A DNA stretch of 64,000 nt from a virus (lineage: Duplodnaviria > Caudoviricetes): the IMG/VR virus record IMGVR_UViG_3300035661_000030, positions 1 to 64,000 of that record. One strand, written 5' to 3'. Below, in pieces: positions 18,483 through 29,213 of the stretch. How positions within the stretch are numbered: position 1 is the first letter of the stretch; every line of letters begins with the position of its first letter. The position numbers were made by a program, and so were the translations under genes. Below the pieces are notes generated by a model. That model had not been told where the DNA came from and searched no databases. It saw only the letters and a list, made by a program, of their open reading frames with translations.

Positions 18483-18824
18483 ATGATCTTAGCATCGAGA
18501 GGTCTGCTAGATAACCATATACCTAAAGAATATACAAATCTTCTTACGCATTTAAAAATAGCTGGTATTGATTTAGAGATTGAAGATAAGTTTTATAGAA
18601 TGTATATTGAAATTTACTCATCAATGAAGAACGATAAAGAACTTGATAAAACTCGTAAAGAATTATTTAAACTTTATTATCCAGATAGTAAAGATTCTTC
18701 GGAAACTCTTGCAGAAGAACTTAAACGGCGCATTATTGAAGATCCGAACAAGGTTGTGAAGATGGGTATTAAAGGTGAAAAGTTAGATCCTTTAACCGTG
18801 AACGCTTTATTGAATAAGAGTTAA
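18483..18824 (+). CDS. Tail assembly chaperone C-terminal (T-like) portion
   Basis: In frame with the -1 product of the upstream gene; no clear SD of its own. Confidence 0.7.
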   Translation: MILASRGLLDNHIPKEYTNLLTHLKIAGIDLEIEDKFYRMYIEIYSSMKNDKELDKTRKELFKLYYPDSKDSSETLAEELKRRIIEDPNKVVKMGIKGEKLDPLTVNALLNKS

Positions 18825-18827
18825 TAT

Positions 18828-21686
18828 ATGCCTGATCTACAAATGCCATATGGAGATTTTAATAATTTGCCTCAACAGCAAATGATGCCTGATCCTATGG
18901 CATTTAATAATTTTAGTTATGCACAAAATAATGCGATGATCATGAACAGTGGTCAGACGAATTTGCTTGCTGCTATGCAAACTGCACAAGCTAATTTACA
19001 ACAACATATGGTAGAAGTATTACAAGGCACTATGGCTAGTGCAATGGCTATTTATAATACGGGTAAATCTGCTCATGATAAAATGCGTGAGCATATTTAT
19101 AATGATCAATTAATGGGCAATGGTGTTTACGCTCTTGAAAGATCAAGTTGGAGAGATTTCACTTGGGGAATTGGATTAGCTGGTTCTGATTTAGGTAGAG
19201 CATTACAGATTGGTGGACGTAAACCAGAATTTATGACTAGTGGTGAATATCAATTCCAAATGAATCGTAGCTGGCATTATCGTACTAAAGAATGGGAAGA
19301 TATGGCTTTGAGTGGTGGGCTTTCTACCGCTACGTCAATAGCTGGTATGGCTTTTGGTGGACCTTTAGGTATGGTCGCTGGTTATGTTTTAGATCAAAGC
19401 GTGGGCAAAGCTTTTCAGCCTTATTTTGATAAACGTGCCGCGGTAAGAGAATTTGCATCTTTTACTGATATTGCAGATTTAAATCGAGGTATTGGACCAA
19501 GACGTATGGATGCCGGATCTTCTCAAGCATTAGCTGAAAGATTTTTCCAGCATGATCAATCTGCGTGGAAGTATGTTCCTATTGTTGGTGATTTCTTATC
19601 CGAAAGAGTTGGTCCAAAGAATAAATATGCAGAGACATTTAAAAAGATGGTTGCTCAAAACTTAATAAGTGATATTAATCCTACTGATATTGATAAGATT
19701 GAGGAAAGAGTAAAAAAGACGGCTGAAATAATGGATAAATTTGCTGGGTTAATGCACACAACTCAGGAAACAATCCTACAAATAAAAGGTAAGTTTGCAT
19801 CAATGGGTATGGGTGATGCACAACAAAATATCGCTTTAAATAATCTTGCTAAGTTTACAACCGGAACCGGAATGACTTGGGAGACTGGTTTAGCTCTTAG
19901 GGACAATTTCTCGTCTATTGGTAAGCAAGCTGGTTATTTTAAAATGGGCGCAGAAAACTTACAAGGTGATTATGGATTACAAGGAATTGCTTCAATTGCT
20001 GCTTTACAAAATTCCGGTTTAATCTCTAAGTCCTATGACGCCGCAACCCTGGGAATGCAGCAATATGTAAATGCCGTAGAACAATCTAGATCAAGTTGGG
20101 GAAGAGTCGTTGAACGTGGCGGTGGTAATGTTGCTTTAGCTAAAGAATATTATGAAAATCAAGGTAATGGTAATGCAGTATTAGGTATGGAATTTGAAAA
20201 TTTAGCAATGTTTGGTAATAAGAATAATCCATTAGATACTTATTCCAAAATTCAAAATGCTATAATAGATAGATTACGTGCAAATGGAATGTCTGAGGAT
20301 AAAATCTTAGCTTTTCTTCTTCGTAGAGAAACAACCAAAGAAGGCAAAGAACAGGCATTCGCTGTGTATAGCGGTATTGGCTCAATAGGTAGAACCTCTG
20401 CTGCTATTAATTTTTTAAATAGAAGATTAGAAGCTGTTGGTGAAAAGGGTGTAGCTACCGTTAAAATTAATGATGTTTTAGATGCATTTTCAAAGAATGG
20501 ATCATTAAAATTTGGTGGCGGTAAAGATACGGACATCTATACTGCAACTGCTCAGGGTAGAGTGGCTAATCTTTATAAAGATATCATGTCTGGAACTGGA
20601 ACTGCTGAAGGTAGCCAGGAAAGATGGAATTCTGAAAGATATGGTAAAGGTATTACCACTGCCGGAACAGCGTGGCGCGATATAATGTGGAGTGAAAAAG
20701 AAAAGTCTAAAATTGTTGAAGGTGATTTAGATTTATTCTATAACTCATTTATAACTGGTGGAGCTGATGATAATTATCGTGAAGCAATGCGTAAAACTAT
20801 CATGGACAAAGGATTAGCTAAAGATCAAGCTGGTGCTGATGCTATTATATATGACTATTTCTTATACAGAAAAAATAAAGGTGATGATAAAAAAATTGAA
20901 AATTTTATATCAAAATCAGCTAATAATGATCTTTCTTTCTTAGCAAATTATACAAAGGGTAGAAAGGAGTTAAATTTTGCAGAGCAAAAATATTATAATA
21001 TAGTAAGTAATTTTGCTAAAGATCCTACTAAATTTAGCAATTTAGTTAAAAGTTTTGAAGGAAAAAGCAATAGAGAAAAGGCGAGTATTTTGCGTAAGAT
21101 GGGATTAGAATTAGATCCTACTGGATTGGGTAGATTAGATGATGAAACTCTAGCCATTGTTTCTACAATGGCTCTTAATGATGCTTATGCCGCATATAAA
21201 GGAATTGATCTCAGGAGTGCTACTAAATTAGGTGAATCATTATCTCAAAACTATAGAACATTGCTAGATAATAAATCAAGTCTTTTAGATATTACTGATA
21301 AAAACGGCAAGACTCGTAAAATGACTGAAACTGAGTATGCAAATAGATTTGTTACTACAGTTGGCGGATTAGACAGTATTCTTTATACTGGATCAGGTAA
21401 AGATAAGAAAGTAAAAACTAAGATTGATGAAACCGCATTATTTAATAGTCTTAAATTCTTAACCTCTAATGAAGATGCCGCTAAGGGTGCTGCTAGATTC
21501 TTGGCAAACAATCCTCAACAAGTTTCTGATTTTATGGTTCAGTTAAATCAACAAGATTTTGCTGCTACCAGTAAAATAATTGAAAATGCTGCTAAGGGTC
21601 AGATAACTACAGATCCTCAAACCGAAGCTATTAGGAAGTTCACTGATGTATTAGAAAAACTTAACACGGCTTTATCGGTTAAATAA
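18828..21686 (+). CDS. Tape measure protein
   Basis: 952 aa, Ala/Gly/Met-rich and helical, with a GMAFGGPLGMVAG segment; follows the chaperone pair. Confidence 0.8.
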   Translation: MPDLQMPYGDFNNLPQQQMMPDPMAFNNFSYAQNNAMIMNSGQTNLLAAMQTAQANLQQHMVEVLQGTMASAMAIYNTGKSAHDKMREHIYNDQLMGNGVYALERSSWRDFTWGIGLAGSDLGRALQIGGRKPEFMTSGEYQFQMNRSWHYRTKEWEDMALSGGLSTATSIAGMAFGGPLGMVAGYVLDQSVGKAFQPYFDKRAAVREFASFTDIADLNRGIGPRRMDAGSSQALAERFFQHDQSAWKYVPIVGDFLSERVGPKNKYAETFKKMVAQNLISDINPTDIDKIEERVKKTAEIMDKFAGLMHTTQETILQIKGKFASMGMGDAQQNIALNNLAKFTTGTGMTWETGLALRDNFSSIGKQAGYFKMGAENLQGDYGLQGIASIAALQNSGLISKSYDAATLGMQQYVNAVEQSRSSWGRVVERGGGNVALAKEYYENQGNGNAVLGMEFENLAMFGNKNNPLDTYSKIQNAIIDRLRANGMSEDKILAFLLRRETTKEGKEQAFAVYSGIGSIGRTSAAINFLNRRLEAVGEKGVATVKINDVLDAFSKNGSLKFGGGKDTDIYTATAQGRVANLYKDIMSGTGTAEGSQERWNSERYGKGITTAGTAWRDIMWSEKEKSKIVEGDLDLFYNSFITGGADDNYREAMRKTIMDKGLAKDQAGADAIIYDYFLYRKNKGDDKKIENFISKSANNDLSFLANYTKGRKELNFAEQKYYNIVSNFAKDPTKFSNLVKSFEGKSNREKASILRKMGLELDPTGLGRLDDETLAIVSTMALNDAYAAYKGIDLRSATKLGESLSQNYRTLLDNKSSLLDITDKNGKTRKMTETEYANRFVTTVGGLDSILYTGSGKDKKVKTKIDETALFNSLKFLTSNEDAAKGAARFLANNPQQVSDFMVQLNQQDFAATSKIIENAAKGQITTDPQTEAIRKFTDVLEKLNTALSVK

Positions 21687-22426
21687 TGATTTTAAACGTT
21701 CCTCTTAATGCCCAAAATGCAATTAGAGAAGCTTCCATTAAAACGGGAGTAGATGAAAGACTACTTACTGGATTTGCTTATATTGAAACTGATTTTGGTC
21801 GTAATACATTATCAAAAACTGGAGTTAAAGGTTTATTTCAGATTACCGGAGCAACATGGGAAAGAGTCAGAAGAGAGAATAATGCAACCCTGGGATATAG
21901 TGAAGATTATAATGAACAAGCTTATACTGCCGCGCTGTTAATTAAGAGTTTACTTAAGAAATATAATGATGATTATTATTTAACAGCTATTGCCTATAAC
22001 GCTGGCGAAGGTGTTGCAGATGCAGTTAAACGTCACGGTAAAACAAAAGAAGCCATTGTAGCTGCCGTACAAGCTCAAAGGGCCAAGGGCGGTAAAGCAG
22101 CAATAGGTTTTGGATACGGTAAAGAAAAAGAGGTAATTACATATCCTCAAAAATTAGAACAAGCTTTAGGTGCGCCAATAACCATTGATGCTTCTGTTCC
22201 ACCAATAGCTAATTTTAGGGATCAAAGCGTTACTGGTTCGGCTAAAGAAGCCGAATATAAGTATGATCCAGATAAATCTTTTATTGTAAACTTATTTGCA
22301 GCTAATGCAAATAAGATTGCTGAAGGTTCAAAAATAACAGATGCATCAGTAAAAAATAGTAAGTTAGTATCTAGAATTAAAGCCGGAATAGCTAAACAAA
22401 AACATAATAGACCAAAGGTGGCATAA
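21686..22426 (+). CDS. Lytic transglycosylase (SLT domain), tail-associated
   Basis: IETDF...S.TGVKGLFQIT..TW...AYNAGEG. Confidence 0.9.
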   Translation: MILNVPLNAQNAIREASIKTGVDERLLTGFAYIETDFGRNTLSKTGVKGLFQITGATWERVRRENNATLGYSEDYNEQAYTAALLIKSLLKKYNDDYYLTAIAYNAGEGVADAVKRHGKTKEAIVAAVQAQRAKGGKAAIGFGYGKEKEVITYPQKLEQALGAPITIDASVPPIANFRDQSVTGSAKEAEYKYDPDKSFIVNLFAANANKIAEGSKITDASVKNSKLVSRIKAGIAKQKHNRPKVA

Positions 22427-23349
22427 TGGTTACATTTATAGATGCTTTTAAAAATGCGTGGAATACTCCATCTGTAGATATGTCTGAAGTTCTTAGAGAA
22501 GAGGAAAATGTAGAAAAACTTCGTATAGCTTTGCAAGATGGTAGACAAGATTATATAGATGATTTAGATGATGCATTAAGGGAATATGGTTATCAAGTTG
22601 TTTATAAAAATGGTATGCCTACAGCTAAACGTACTGGAAATATAGTTCAGACCGATGAACAAAGTAAATATAAGATTTTAAATATTGGTGGTACATTATT
22701 ATTAGAATTAATGAATGATACCAATATAAAAGCGTCCAAGAAAAGTATAAATCTTATTTCAGACGAATCAGATTCAATAGATTATGGTATTAGATATAGC
22801 TCTATTGATGCTAAAGAATATAGGCAGGATGGTTCTGATATTGCTTATATTAGTATTGTTAAAAAATCAAAAACTGAACCTGATGTAAATATCTTTCCTA
22901 ATTATGATGAAAACAAAGCTCCGGCTCCAGGTATTACAAGAAAGAGATTTAAGCAATTTATTCTTATGCAAATGTCTATAGCTCATCAAGAGAGAATGCA
23001 AATTGTAGAAACTAATAAAGAATATCAGGCTTTATTCTTTGATAAAAAGCCTGAAGTTCTTCAGATATCTGGAATGTTAAAAAACACTATTGATAATCCT
23101 TGGTCAGTTAATATGATTTTTCTTTGGGACGAATTAATGCGCGGAACCGTATTGGCGCAAAATGGATATATTTGTCAGTTATATGCCGATGGTGAGTTAT
23201 TCGAAGGTTATCCGTTTAACTTTCAGAGAAGTAAAGTAGCTGGAACAGATAATCTTGTTAACTTTAACTTTAGCTTCTTGATTAAAAATAGAGTTATGGT
23301 ATATAATAAAAGTACGGCTACAAAGGATCAAATAAATGTTAACGATTAA
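22426..23349 (+). CDS. Probable tail tube initiator / baseplate protein
   Basis: C-terminal tube-like beta pattern (QER.QI...F..KP...ISG.L...NFNFSF); synteny after SLT. Confidence 0.45.
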   Translation: MVTFIDAFKNAWNTPSVDMSEVLREEENVEKLRIALQDGRQDYIDDLDDALREYGYQVVYKNGMPTAKRTGNIVQTDEQSKYKILNIGGTLLLELMNDTNIKASKKSINLISDESDSIDYGIRYSSIDAKEYRQDGSDIAYISIVKKSKTEPDVNIFPNYDENKAPAPGITRKRFKQFILMQMSIAHQERMQIVETNKEYQALFFDKKPEVLQISGMLKNTIDNPWSVNMIFLWDELMRGTVLAQNGYICQLYADGELFEGYPFNFQRSKVAGTDNLVNFNFSFLIKNRVMVYNKSTATKDQINVND

Positions 23350-23578
23350 TCATGGCGATAGATTAGTTCTCAAAGCATTAAATGTTCCAGGTGTAGTTTC
23401 TAGTAAGAATAGAATTGCTTATTTTCATGTAATGGAAGGTGAAAAGTATCGTTGTTCATTAAATTATACCGATCCAATTGAAGCTACTTTTTTGATTGAA
23501 GAAAGAGATATACTTCAAGTGGTTGATCATATGACGAACATTACTTCATACAAATATGATATCTCTAGTGGTTTATAA
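23336..23578 (+). CDS. Small hypothetical baseplate-region protein
   Basis: 80-aa ORF in operon. Confidence 0.55.
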   Translation: MLTINHGDRLVLKALNVPGVVSSKNRIAYFHVMEGEKYRCSLNYTDPIEATFLIEERDILQVVDHMTNITSYKYDISSGL

Positions 23579-23580
23579 TA

Positions 23581-25683
23581 ATGTCTGATACAAGAATTTA
23601 TAAAACATTCTTATACTTAGCGGGAATTCAAGTCCCGTTTATTTCTGCGTCTGTTTCAAGCCAGTATGGGTCACTCTCAAGCCTAAATCTTGAATTAAAT
23701 TATTCTCCGTATATCACTCATATTCATGAATATTCAAAAATACAGTTATGGGAACAGATAGTAGATAATGGAACCATATATGAACCCACCCTGGAATTTG
23801 ATGGTATCGTTATAGGAATTGTAAGAAACAAAAATGTTCTTGGAAATGTTTCAGTTAGACTTACATGTTTAACTGATGGGTTTATTTGGAATCAACGTAA
23901 ACAATATGATTTCTATATTGATCAACTTACCCAGGCTGATGTTAGACTAACAGATACTATTCAAAATATTCGTGCTGACGGTGCTATTGATAATTTTATA
24001 TCAAACATATTAACTAGTAATAAATTTGATGTTGGTTGTGCTGTAGCCTCTATTTTAACCGCTGATGTTAAAAGTGAAATTGGAGAAAATAAAGGTAAGT
24101 CTGAAATTCCAGAAATGACTCAAGTAGCTTTCACATATACTTATAATGGAAAGAAATTTTATAAAGAAATTACACCAGAAAAAGCTAAAGGTGCTGGAAA
24201 ATATTTTAATCCAAAGTATTATAAGCGTTTTTTAGATACCTATAAATTAGGTGCTAAACTTTATGGTGTATCTACATCAACTAACGTAAAAGATTTCTTT
24301 CAACAAGATCGTTTTATGAAATTGCTTGAAGGAAATACAAGTGATTTACTTGGCGAAAATACATTTTGGTCGATTGCTCTTAATATTATGCAATATGGTT
24401 TTTATAGTATTTATGATATACCAAATCCAACATACATTAGTGGTGCTGCATTAACTTTATCTGAAATTGAAGATAAAGATTGTATTAATTTAGGTGATTT
24501 TGTCAAAGATCAAGATAAAGTTCCTTATCCAGAGGAAACGTCTGCAATTAAAGGAGAAAATAAGACAGCTAGAAAATTTGGTGGATTAGCTGAATATATT
24601 TTAAAACCAATTTCAGTATTTGGCCTTCCACTTAAATGTAACGTAATTTGGCCTAATCAGGTAATATCTGAATCTTTATTTTATGATTTAGCAAATACAC
24701 CAACTCGTGTTTTAATGCAAAAAACACCAATTCCAGGTGAAGATGAACAAAATACAATTTTAACTACAGCAAAATTAGCTGGTCCACGTATTGAAAATTG
24801 TAACGATTTCTTTAAATCATTCACTCCACCTATTGTAAATAGTTCAGAAGAACCTACAGATAAAATTAGGCGTGGCGAGATTTATTCTGATTATGAAAAA
24901 GAATATGGCATGAGATATACCCAGTTGCATTTATCTTATGCATTTGAATCTACATTACTTGAAGATGAATTAAAAGATACGAAAGATGATAACGCTGGAG
25001 CTAAAAGAGCCGCTACGAAAATTAATAATTTTTTAAATTATGAATTTGCTCAACGCTTTTTTGCTTCTCGTAATTATTCAATTCAGGTTACTCCTGATGT
25101 TGATGTAGTTCCAGGACTTCCTGTGGTTGTATTACATGAGAATCAAGAACATGTAATTTGTTTCTGTACAGGCAAAACAAAATCATGGGATAATAGAGGA
25201 AATAAATCAGTTGGACTAAATGTAGGATATCCTCGTTATTATTATGAAGATATTGATAAGTTAGGAAATATAATAGATCCAACAACTCAAGAGGAAATTT
25301 CTTTAAATGAACTAAAAACGCTATTTGGATCAGAACCATTAGTGACGACTGATAATGGTAGTGCAATATTAAATATAAATTCAAAATTATTAAAAGATAC
25401 AATAGATAATTTATACAAAAACTATAATGCTGGTAAGATAGAAATGGATGAATATAAACGTAAAGTTTGTACGTTTAAAGAATTTATGAGCCTTCACGGT
25501 CAACAGATTGACTCTATAGTAGACAGCTATTTAGTAGATGAAGATCATTTTGGATCGTCTGCTAATGCAAATGCTTTAAGTTCACATGTATTTTTTGTAA
25601 AAGGCATAAAAGAACCGGTTCAATCGAATAAATCTATTATTGAAAAACATTTAGCATGGATTTCTGAGGCACAAAAGATATGA
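23581..25683 (+). CDS. Probable baseplate hub protein
   Basis: LYLAGIQVP N-terminus; P.CNVIWP and PGLPVVV motifs typical of hub-like proteins; synteny. Confidence 0.55.
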   Translation: MSDTRIYKTFLYLAGIQVPFISASVSSQYGSLSSLNLELNYSPYITHIHEYSKIQLWEQIVDNGTIYEPTLEFDGIVIGIVRNKNVLGNVSVRLTCLTDGFIWNQRKQYDFYIDQLTQADVRLTDTIQNIRADGAIDNFISNILTSNKFDVGCAVASILTADVKSEIGENKGKSEIPEMTQVAFTYTYNGKKFYKEITPEKAKGAGKYFNPKYYKRFLDTYKLGAKLYGVSTSTNVKDFFQQDRFMKLLEGNTSDLLGENTFWSIALNIMQYGFYSIYDIPNPTYISGAALTLSEIEDKDCINLGDFVKDQDKVPYPEETSAIKGENKTARKFGGLAEYILKPISVFGLPLKCNVIWPNQVISESLFYDLANTPTRVLMQKTPIPGEDEQNTILTTAKLAGPRIENCNDFFKSFTPPIVNSSEEPTDKIRRGEIYSDYEKEYGMRYTQLHLSYAFESTLLEDELKDTKDDNAGAKRAATKINNFLNYEFAQRFFASRNYSIQVTPDVDVVPGLPVVVLHENQEHVICFCTGKTKSWDNRGNKSVGLNVGYPRYYYEDIDKLGNIIDPTTQEEISLNELKTLFGSEPLVTTDNGSAILNINSKLLKDTIDNLYKNYNAGKIEMDEYKRKVCTFKEFMSLHGQQIDSIVDSYLVDEDHFGSSANANALSSHVFFVKGIKEPVQSNKSIIEKHLAWISEAQKI

Positions 25684-26030
25684 TTACACTTCAAGCTGAA
25701 ACTAATATTTATAGGGGATATGCTGTATCTTTGTCCCTTATTTCTCAACAGCAGGTAGCTTTAACAGACTGGAACAATTATGAGTCTGTAGCTGCTGTTG
25801 TCGGTATTGCTATGCAAGACGTTAATGGTGGTCAATTTGTTGATATTCAGCAAGATGGAATCTTCGAAAATCCATCATGGACATTTGAATATCTTAAACC
25901 TGTTTATGTTTTTGCTATGGGAACTTTGACACAAACACTTCCACCTAAAAATGTTATTCAGATTGGTAGAGCTATTTCACCAACGAAATTACTTATTAGA
26001 ATTTCAGAATTTGTTCAGGTAAGCATATGA
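25680..26030 (+). CDS. Small virion protein, DUF2190/capsid-decoration-like module
   Basis: VVGIA...V.I...G...W...VY...G.LT...P...IG.A. Confidence 0.5.
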   Translation: MITLQAETNIYRGYAVSLSLISQQQVALTDWNNYESVAAVVGIAMQDVNGGQFVDIQQDGIFENPSWTFEYLKPVYVFAMGTLTQTLPPKNVIQIGRAISPTKLLIRISEFVQVSI

Positions 26031-26878
26031 CATTAGTTGGATATGACTCTATTAATGGAGTCTTTACATTAAGTAATCAAAAAGGCGATCCATCTTATTA
26101 TAGTCGGATTGTAGAAGCAACTTGCTTTGATAATTATCAAGCTAATACCTGTGTTACATTTGTTAATGACAATGCCATTCAAATTAATTCTAAATATAAT
26201 CACAATATAGTTGGTTTAGAAATTCCAACAATTCAAGGTATTCTATTAAAAAATGCTCAACATGGAGATACCGGCCTATTCTGTAACACCCCTGGAACCA
26301 TATATGATACCGATGGTTTATTGCCAGGGGGTTATGGTGATTTATTATATGTTGGTCAAAATGGAATATTAACCAATATAGTACCATCATTAGCTGCTGG
26401 TGATATTTGGTTTATTCAACTTGGGACTAAGATAGAAGATTATAAATTTTTATATGCTCCAACATTAGCTATTAATATTATAGATCATCCAATTCCTAAT
26501 CCTACTCCAGAAGTTATTGGTAATGCAGAAAAAGTAGTATTATCACAAGCTATGTCTAAGTTTACTGCTTTTAGAATAGATAGCACAGGAAAAGCTTTTA
26601 AAGTAACAGCAAATGATGTACAATATCCTATAGTGGATGGGATTACGCTAGAAGCTGGTACTGTCAATCAGCAAGTAAGCGTGGCGAGATTAAAGAATTA
26701 TTATTATGAAACAGGAAATTACTTTGTCACTAGTGATGTGTATTGGTTAGATACTACAGGTTTAATAACAACAGTTCGTCCAACTAATGCTTTATTTCAA
26801 GTAATAATTGGTAGATCTATTCCTAACTCTACGCAATTTATTTTTGATCCACAACCTCCAATTAGACTTGTTCAGTAG
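26027..26878 (+). CDS. Virion protein with two copies of the same module
   Basis: Repeated LYVGQNG.LT...P / YWLD.TG.IT..RP units; ends FIFDPQPPIRL. Confidence 0.55.
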   Translation: MTLVGYDSINGVFTLSNQKGDPSYYSRIVEATCFDNYQANTCVTFVNDNAIQINSKYNHNIVGLEIPTIQGILLKNAQHGDTGLFCNTPGTIYDTDGLLPGGYGDLLYVGQNGILTNIVPSLAAGDIWFIQLGTKIEDYKFLYAPTLAINIIDHPIPNPTPEVIGNAEKVVLSQAMSKFTAFRIDSTGKAFKVTANDVQYPIVDGITLEAGTVNQQVSVARLKNYYYETGNYFVTSDVYWLDTTGLITTVRPTNALFQVIIGRSIPNSTQFIFDPQPPIRLVQ

Positions 26879-26884
26879 AGAAAC

Positions 26885-27346
26885 ATGAAAAAAGTTTTAG
26901 CATTAGATTCAAATGGATTTCAAGAAGAGGTCAAATTAGAGCCAGCTACAATTGGTGACATTGTTTTAGCTACACCATTAACTAATTTAGTAGCTGGATT
27001 AGATAAATCAGATTTAACAAGTTTTAATACAATCTTAGAAGCATTTATTAAACTTCAAACTCAAGTTCATTCAAAAGATACTATTCTTAAAGTAGAATAT
27101 TTAACAGGAACTACGGTCTTATCTGAAGCTCAAAATGCAGCAATTATTGATTCGTTTGCTGACTGTAATATTTTCCTTCCTCCAGGGGTAGATAACCTGA
27201 AATATAGGCTTCGTAATATAGGAACTGGTAAAGTAACCTTTATTCCTAATGGTCTTGATACAATAGAAAAAAGTTCATCTTATGTTTTATTAACAAATAA
27301 CGCTTTTGATTTAATATTTCTTAATGGAAACTGGTTCTTATTTTAA
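26885..27346 (+). CDS. Short fibre-associated protein
   Basis: NTILEAFIKLQ motif and a C-terminal ...I..G.D.I...W domain shared with the next gene. Confidence 0.6.
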   Translation: MKKVLALDSNGFQEEVKLEPATIGDIVLATPLTNLVAGLDKSDLTSFNTILEAFIKLQTQVHSKDTILKVEYLTGTTVLSEAQNAAIIDSFADCNIFLPPGVDNLKYRLRNIGTGKVTFIPNGLDTIEKSSSYVLLTNNAFDLIFLNGNWFLF

Positions 27347-27357
27347 AAGGATAACCA

Positions 27358-28746
27358 ATGTCACATTTTCTTAATAGTCCAGTATTTACTGGAAACGTTA
27401 CAGCCCCAACATTAAATAATTTAACTCTTACTGCGATTGCTACTGGTTTTACGTTAGCTGGCGGTACAACTAGTAAGACTTTAACGGTATCTAATACTTT
27501 GACATTACAGGGTACCGATAATTCTATTCTGAACATCGGTACAGGTGGCACTTTAGGTTCTGCGGCTTATCAAGCCTCTACAGCTTTTGAACCCGCATTA
27601 GGCAACCCTGGAACTAATGGTTGGGTGTTAAGTTCAACTACTAGTGGAGTAAGAAGCTGGGTTGCTATGACAGCCGGTTTCACTAACCCAATGACTACAT
27701 TGGGTGATATTATGTATGAAAATGCTACTCCTGCGGCGGCTCGATTAGCTGGTAATACTTCTACAACAATGGCAGTATTAACTCAAACTGGTACAGGTAC
27801 CGCTTCCGCTGCTCCAGTATGGACATTAATAAATAGTAATAATGGTATTTGCGGATTAGATGGAACCGGGAAAGTAGCTCTTGCTCAATTACCTGCCTCA
27901 ATAGTTGGCGGGATGAATTATCAAGGTACTTGGAACGCCTCTACAAACTCACCAACATTAGTAAATGGAACAGGAACTAAAGGTTATTACTATAAAGTTT
28001 CGGTAGCTGGTAATACTACAATTGACGGAAATAATAATTGGTCAGTTGGTGATATTATTGCATTCGATGGTACAACTTGGGATAAGATTGAAGGTGGTTC
28101 ACCTGATGTTATTTCAGTTAATGGTCAAACTGGTGCTGTTACTGTAGCAGCTGTTGACCAATCTTTTTTCTTAGGTACTACCTCATTAAAGATTAATGCT
28201 AGTTCAGGCACTCAGACAGTATTAGCTGGCATGACCTCAATCACATCAACAACTTTTGTTGGTACATTAAGCGGCAATGCTACAGGATTTACTGGTAACT
28301 TAACTGGTGATGTTACTTCAACTGGTATGACTACTACATTATCAGCTGCTACGGTAGTTAGTAAAACGTTAACTGGTTTTGCTCTTGGTACAGACTCTAC
28401 CCAATTAGCGGCTACTGATACAATTCTTCAGGCTTTCCAGAAATTACAGTATCAAGGTAACTTAAATCTTCTTCCTACCCAAACAAAATCTGCAACTTAT
28501 AATCCAACATTGGTAACAGATAAATGTATCCTTTGCGATGCTACAAATGGTGCATTTACTATTACTTTATTAGCTGCTCCAGTTACAAATCAGTGTATGA
28601 CTTTTAAGAAAATTGATGCTACTAATAATGCTATTACAATTAATGGTAATGGTAAAAATATTGATGGCGCTGCTTCATTTACACTTACTGCTCAGTGGAA
28701 CGCTATTACAATTGTCTATAATGGAACCGCTTGGTACATCATTTAA
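27358..28746 (+). CDS. Tail fibre-like protein
   Basis: Thr/Gly-rich; YQGTWNASTN.P.L domain, VISVNGQTGAV, DTILQAFQKLQ; N-part paralogous to 32740..39021. Confidence 0.8.
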   Translation: MSHFLNSPVFTGNVTAPTLNNLTLTAIATGFTLAGGTTSKTLTVSNTLTLQGTDNSILNIGTGGTLGSAAYQASTAFEPALGNPGTNGWVLSSTTSGVRSWVAMTAGFTNPMTTLGDIMYENATPAAARLAGNTSTTMAVLTQTGTGTASAAPVWTLINSNNGICGLDGTGKVALAQLPASIVGGMNYQGTWNASTNSPTLVNGTGTKGYYYKVSVAGNTTIDGNNNWSVGDIIAFDGTTWDKIEGGSPDVISVNGQTGAVTVAAVDQSFFLGTTSLKINASSGTQTVLAGMTSITSTTFVGTLSGNATGFTGNLTGDVTSTGMTTTLSAATVVSKTLTGFALGTDSTQLAATDTILQAFQKLQYQGNLNLLPTQTKSATYNPTLVTDKCILCDATNGAFTITLLAAPVTNQCMTFKKIDATNNAITINGNGKNIDGAASFTLTAQWNAITIVYNGTAWYII

Positions 28747-28749
28747 TAA

Positions 28750-29211
28750 ATGAGTTATCTTCTAAATAGTCCAACCTTTACTGGACCCGTTACATTAAGT
28801 AACGGTCCCCTTATATTATCATCTAATCAAGGTATTCAAATACCTGATGGTGCTCCAAATGTAACCACTAATAAGATCTATGCTATTGGCGGTTCCCTTT
28901 ATTTTAATGGATCGCAATTAGCTGGTGGTGGTGGCTTAACTAAAGGTTCTGGTATATTAGATTTTGGTACTACACCTGGTAAACAATATGTTACATTAAC
29001 AATTACAGGGCAAACTGGAATTAGTAGTGCAACTAGCAAAATCAAAGCTTATTTAATGGCAGTTGCAACAGCAGAACATAATGCAATAGAACATGCTATT
29101 GTACCAATGAAGATTGTTTGTGGTAATATTGTGGATGGAGTAGGATTCACAATTTATGCTTCTTCAGAATTCACATTAACAGGAACATTTAACGTTTATT
29201 GGGAGTATTAA
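28750..29211 (+). CDS. Fibre-associated structural protein
   Basis: Same LNSP.FTG N-terminus as the preceding gene; beta-rich. Confidence 0.6.
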   Translation: MSYLLNSPTFTGPVTLSNGPLILSSNQGIQIPDGAPNVTTNKIYAIGGSLYFNGSQLAGGGGLTKGSGILDFGTTPGKQYVTLTITGQTGISSATSKIKAYLMAVATAEHNAIEHAIVPMKIVCGNIVDGVGFTIYASSEFTLTGTFNVYWEY

Positions 29212-29213
29212 TT

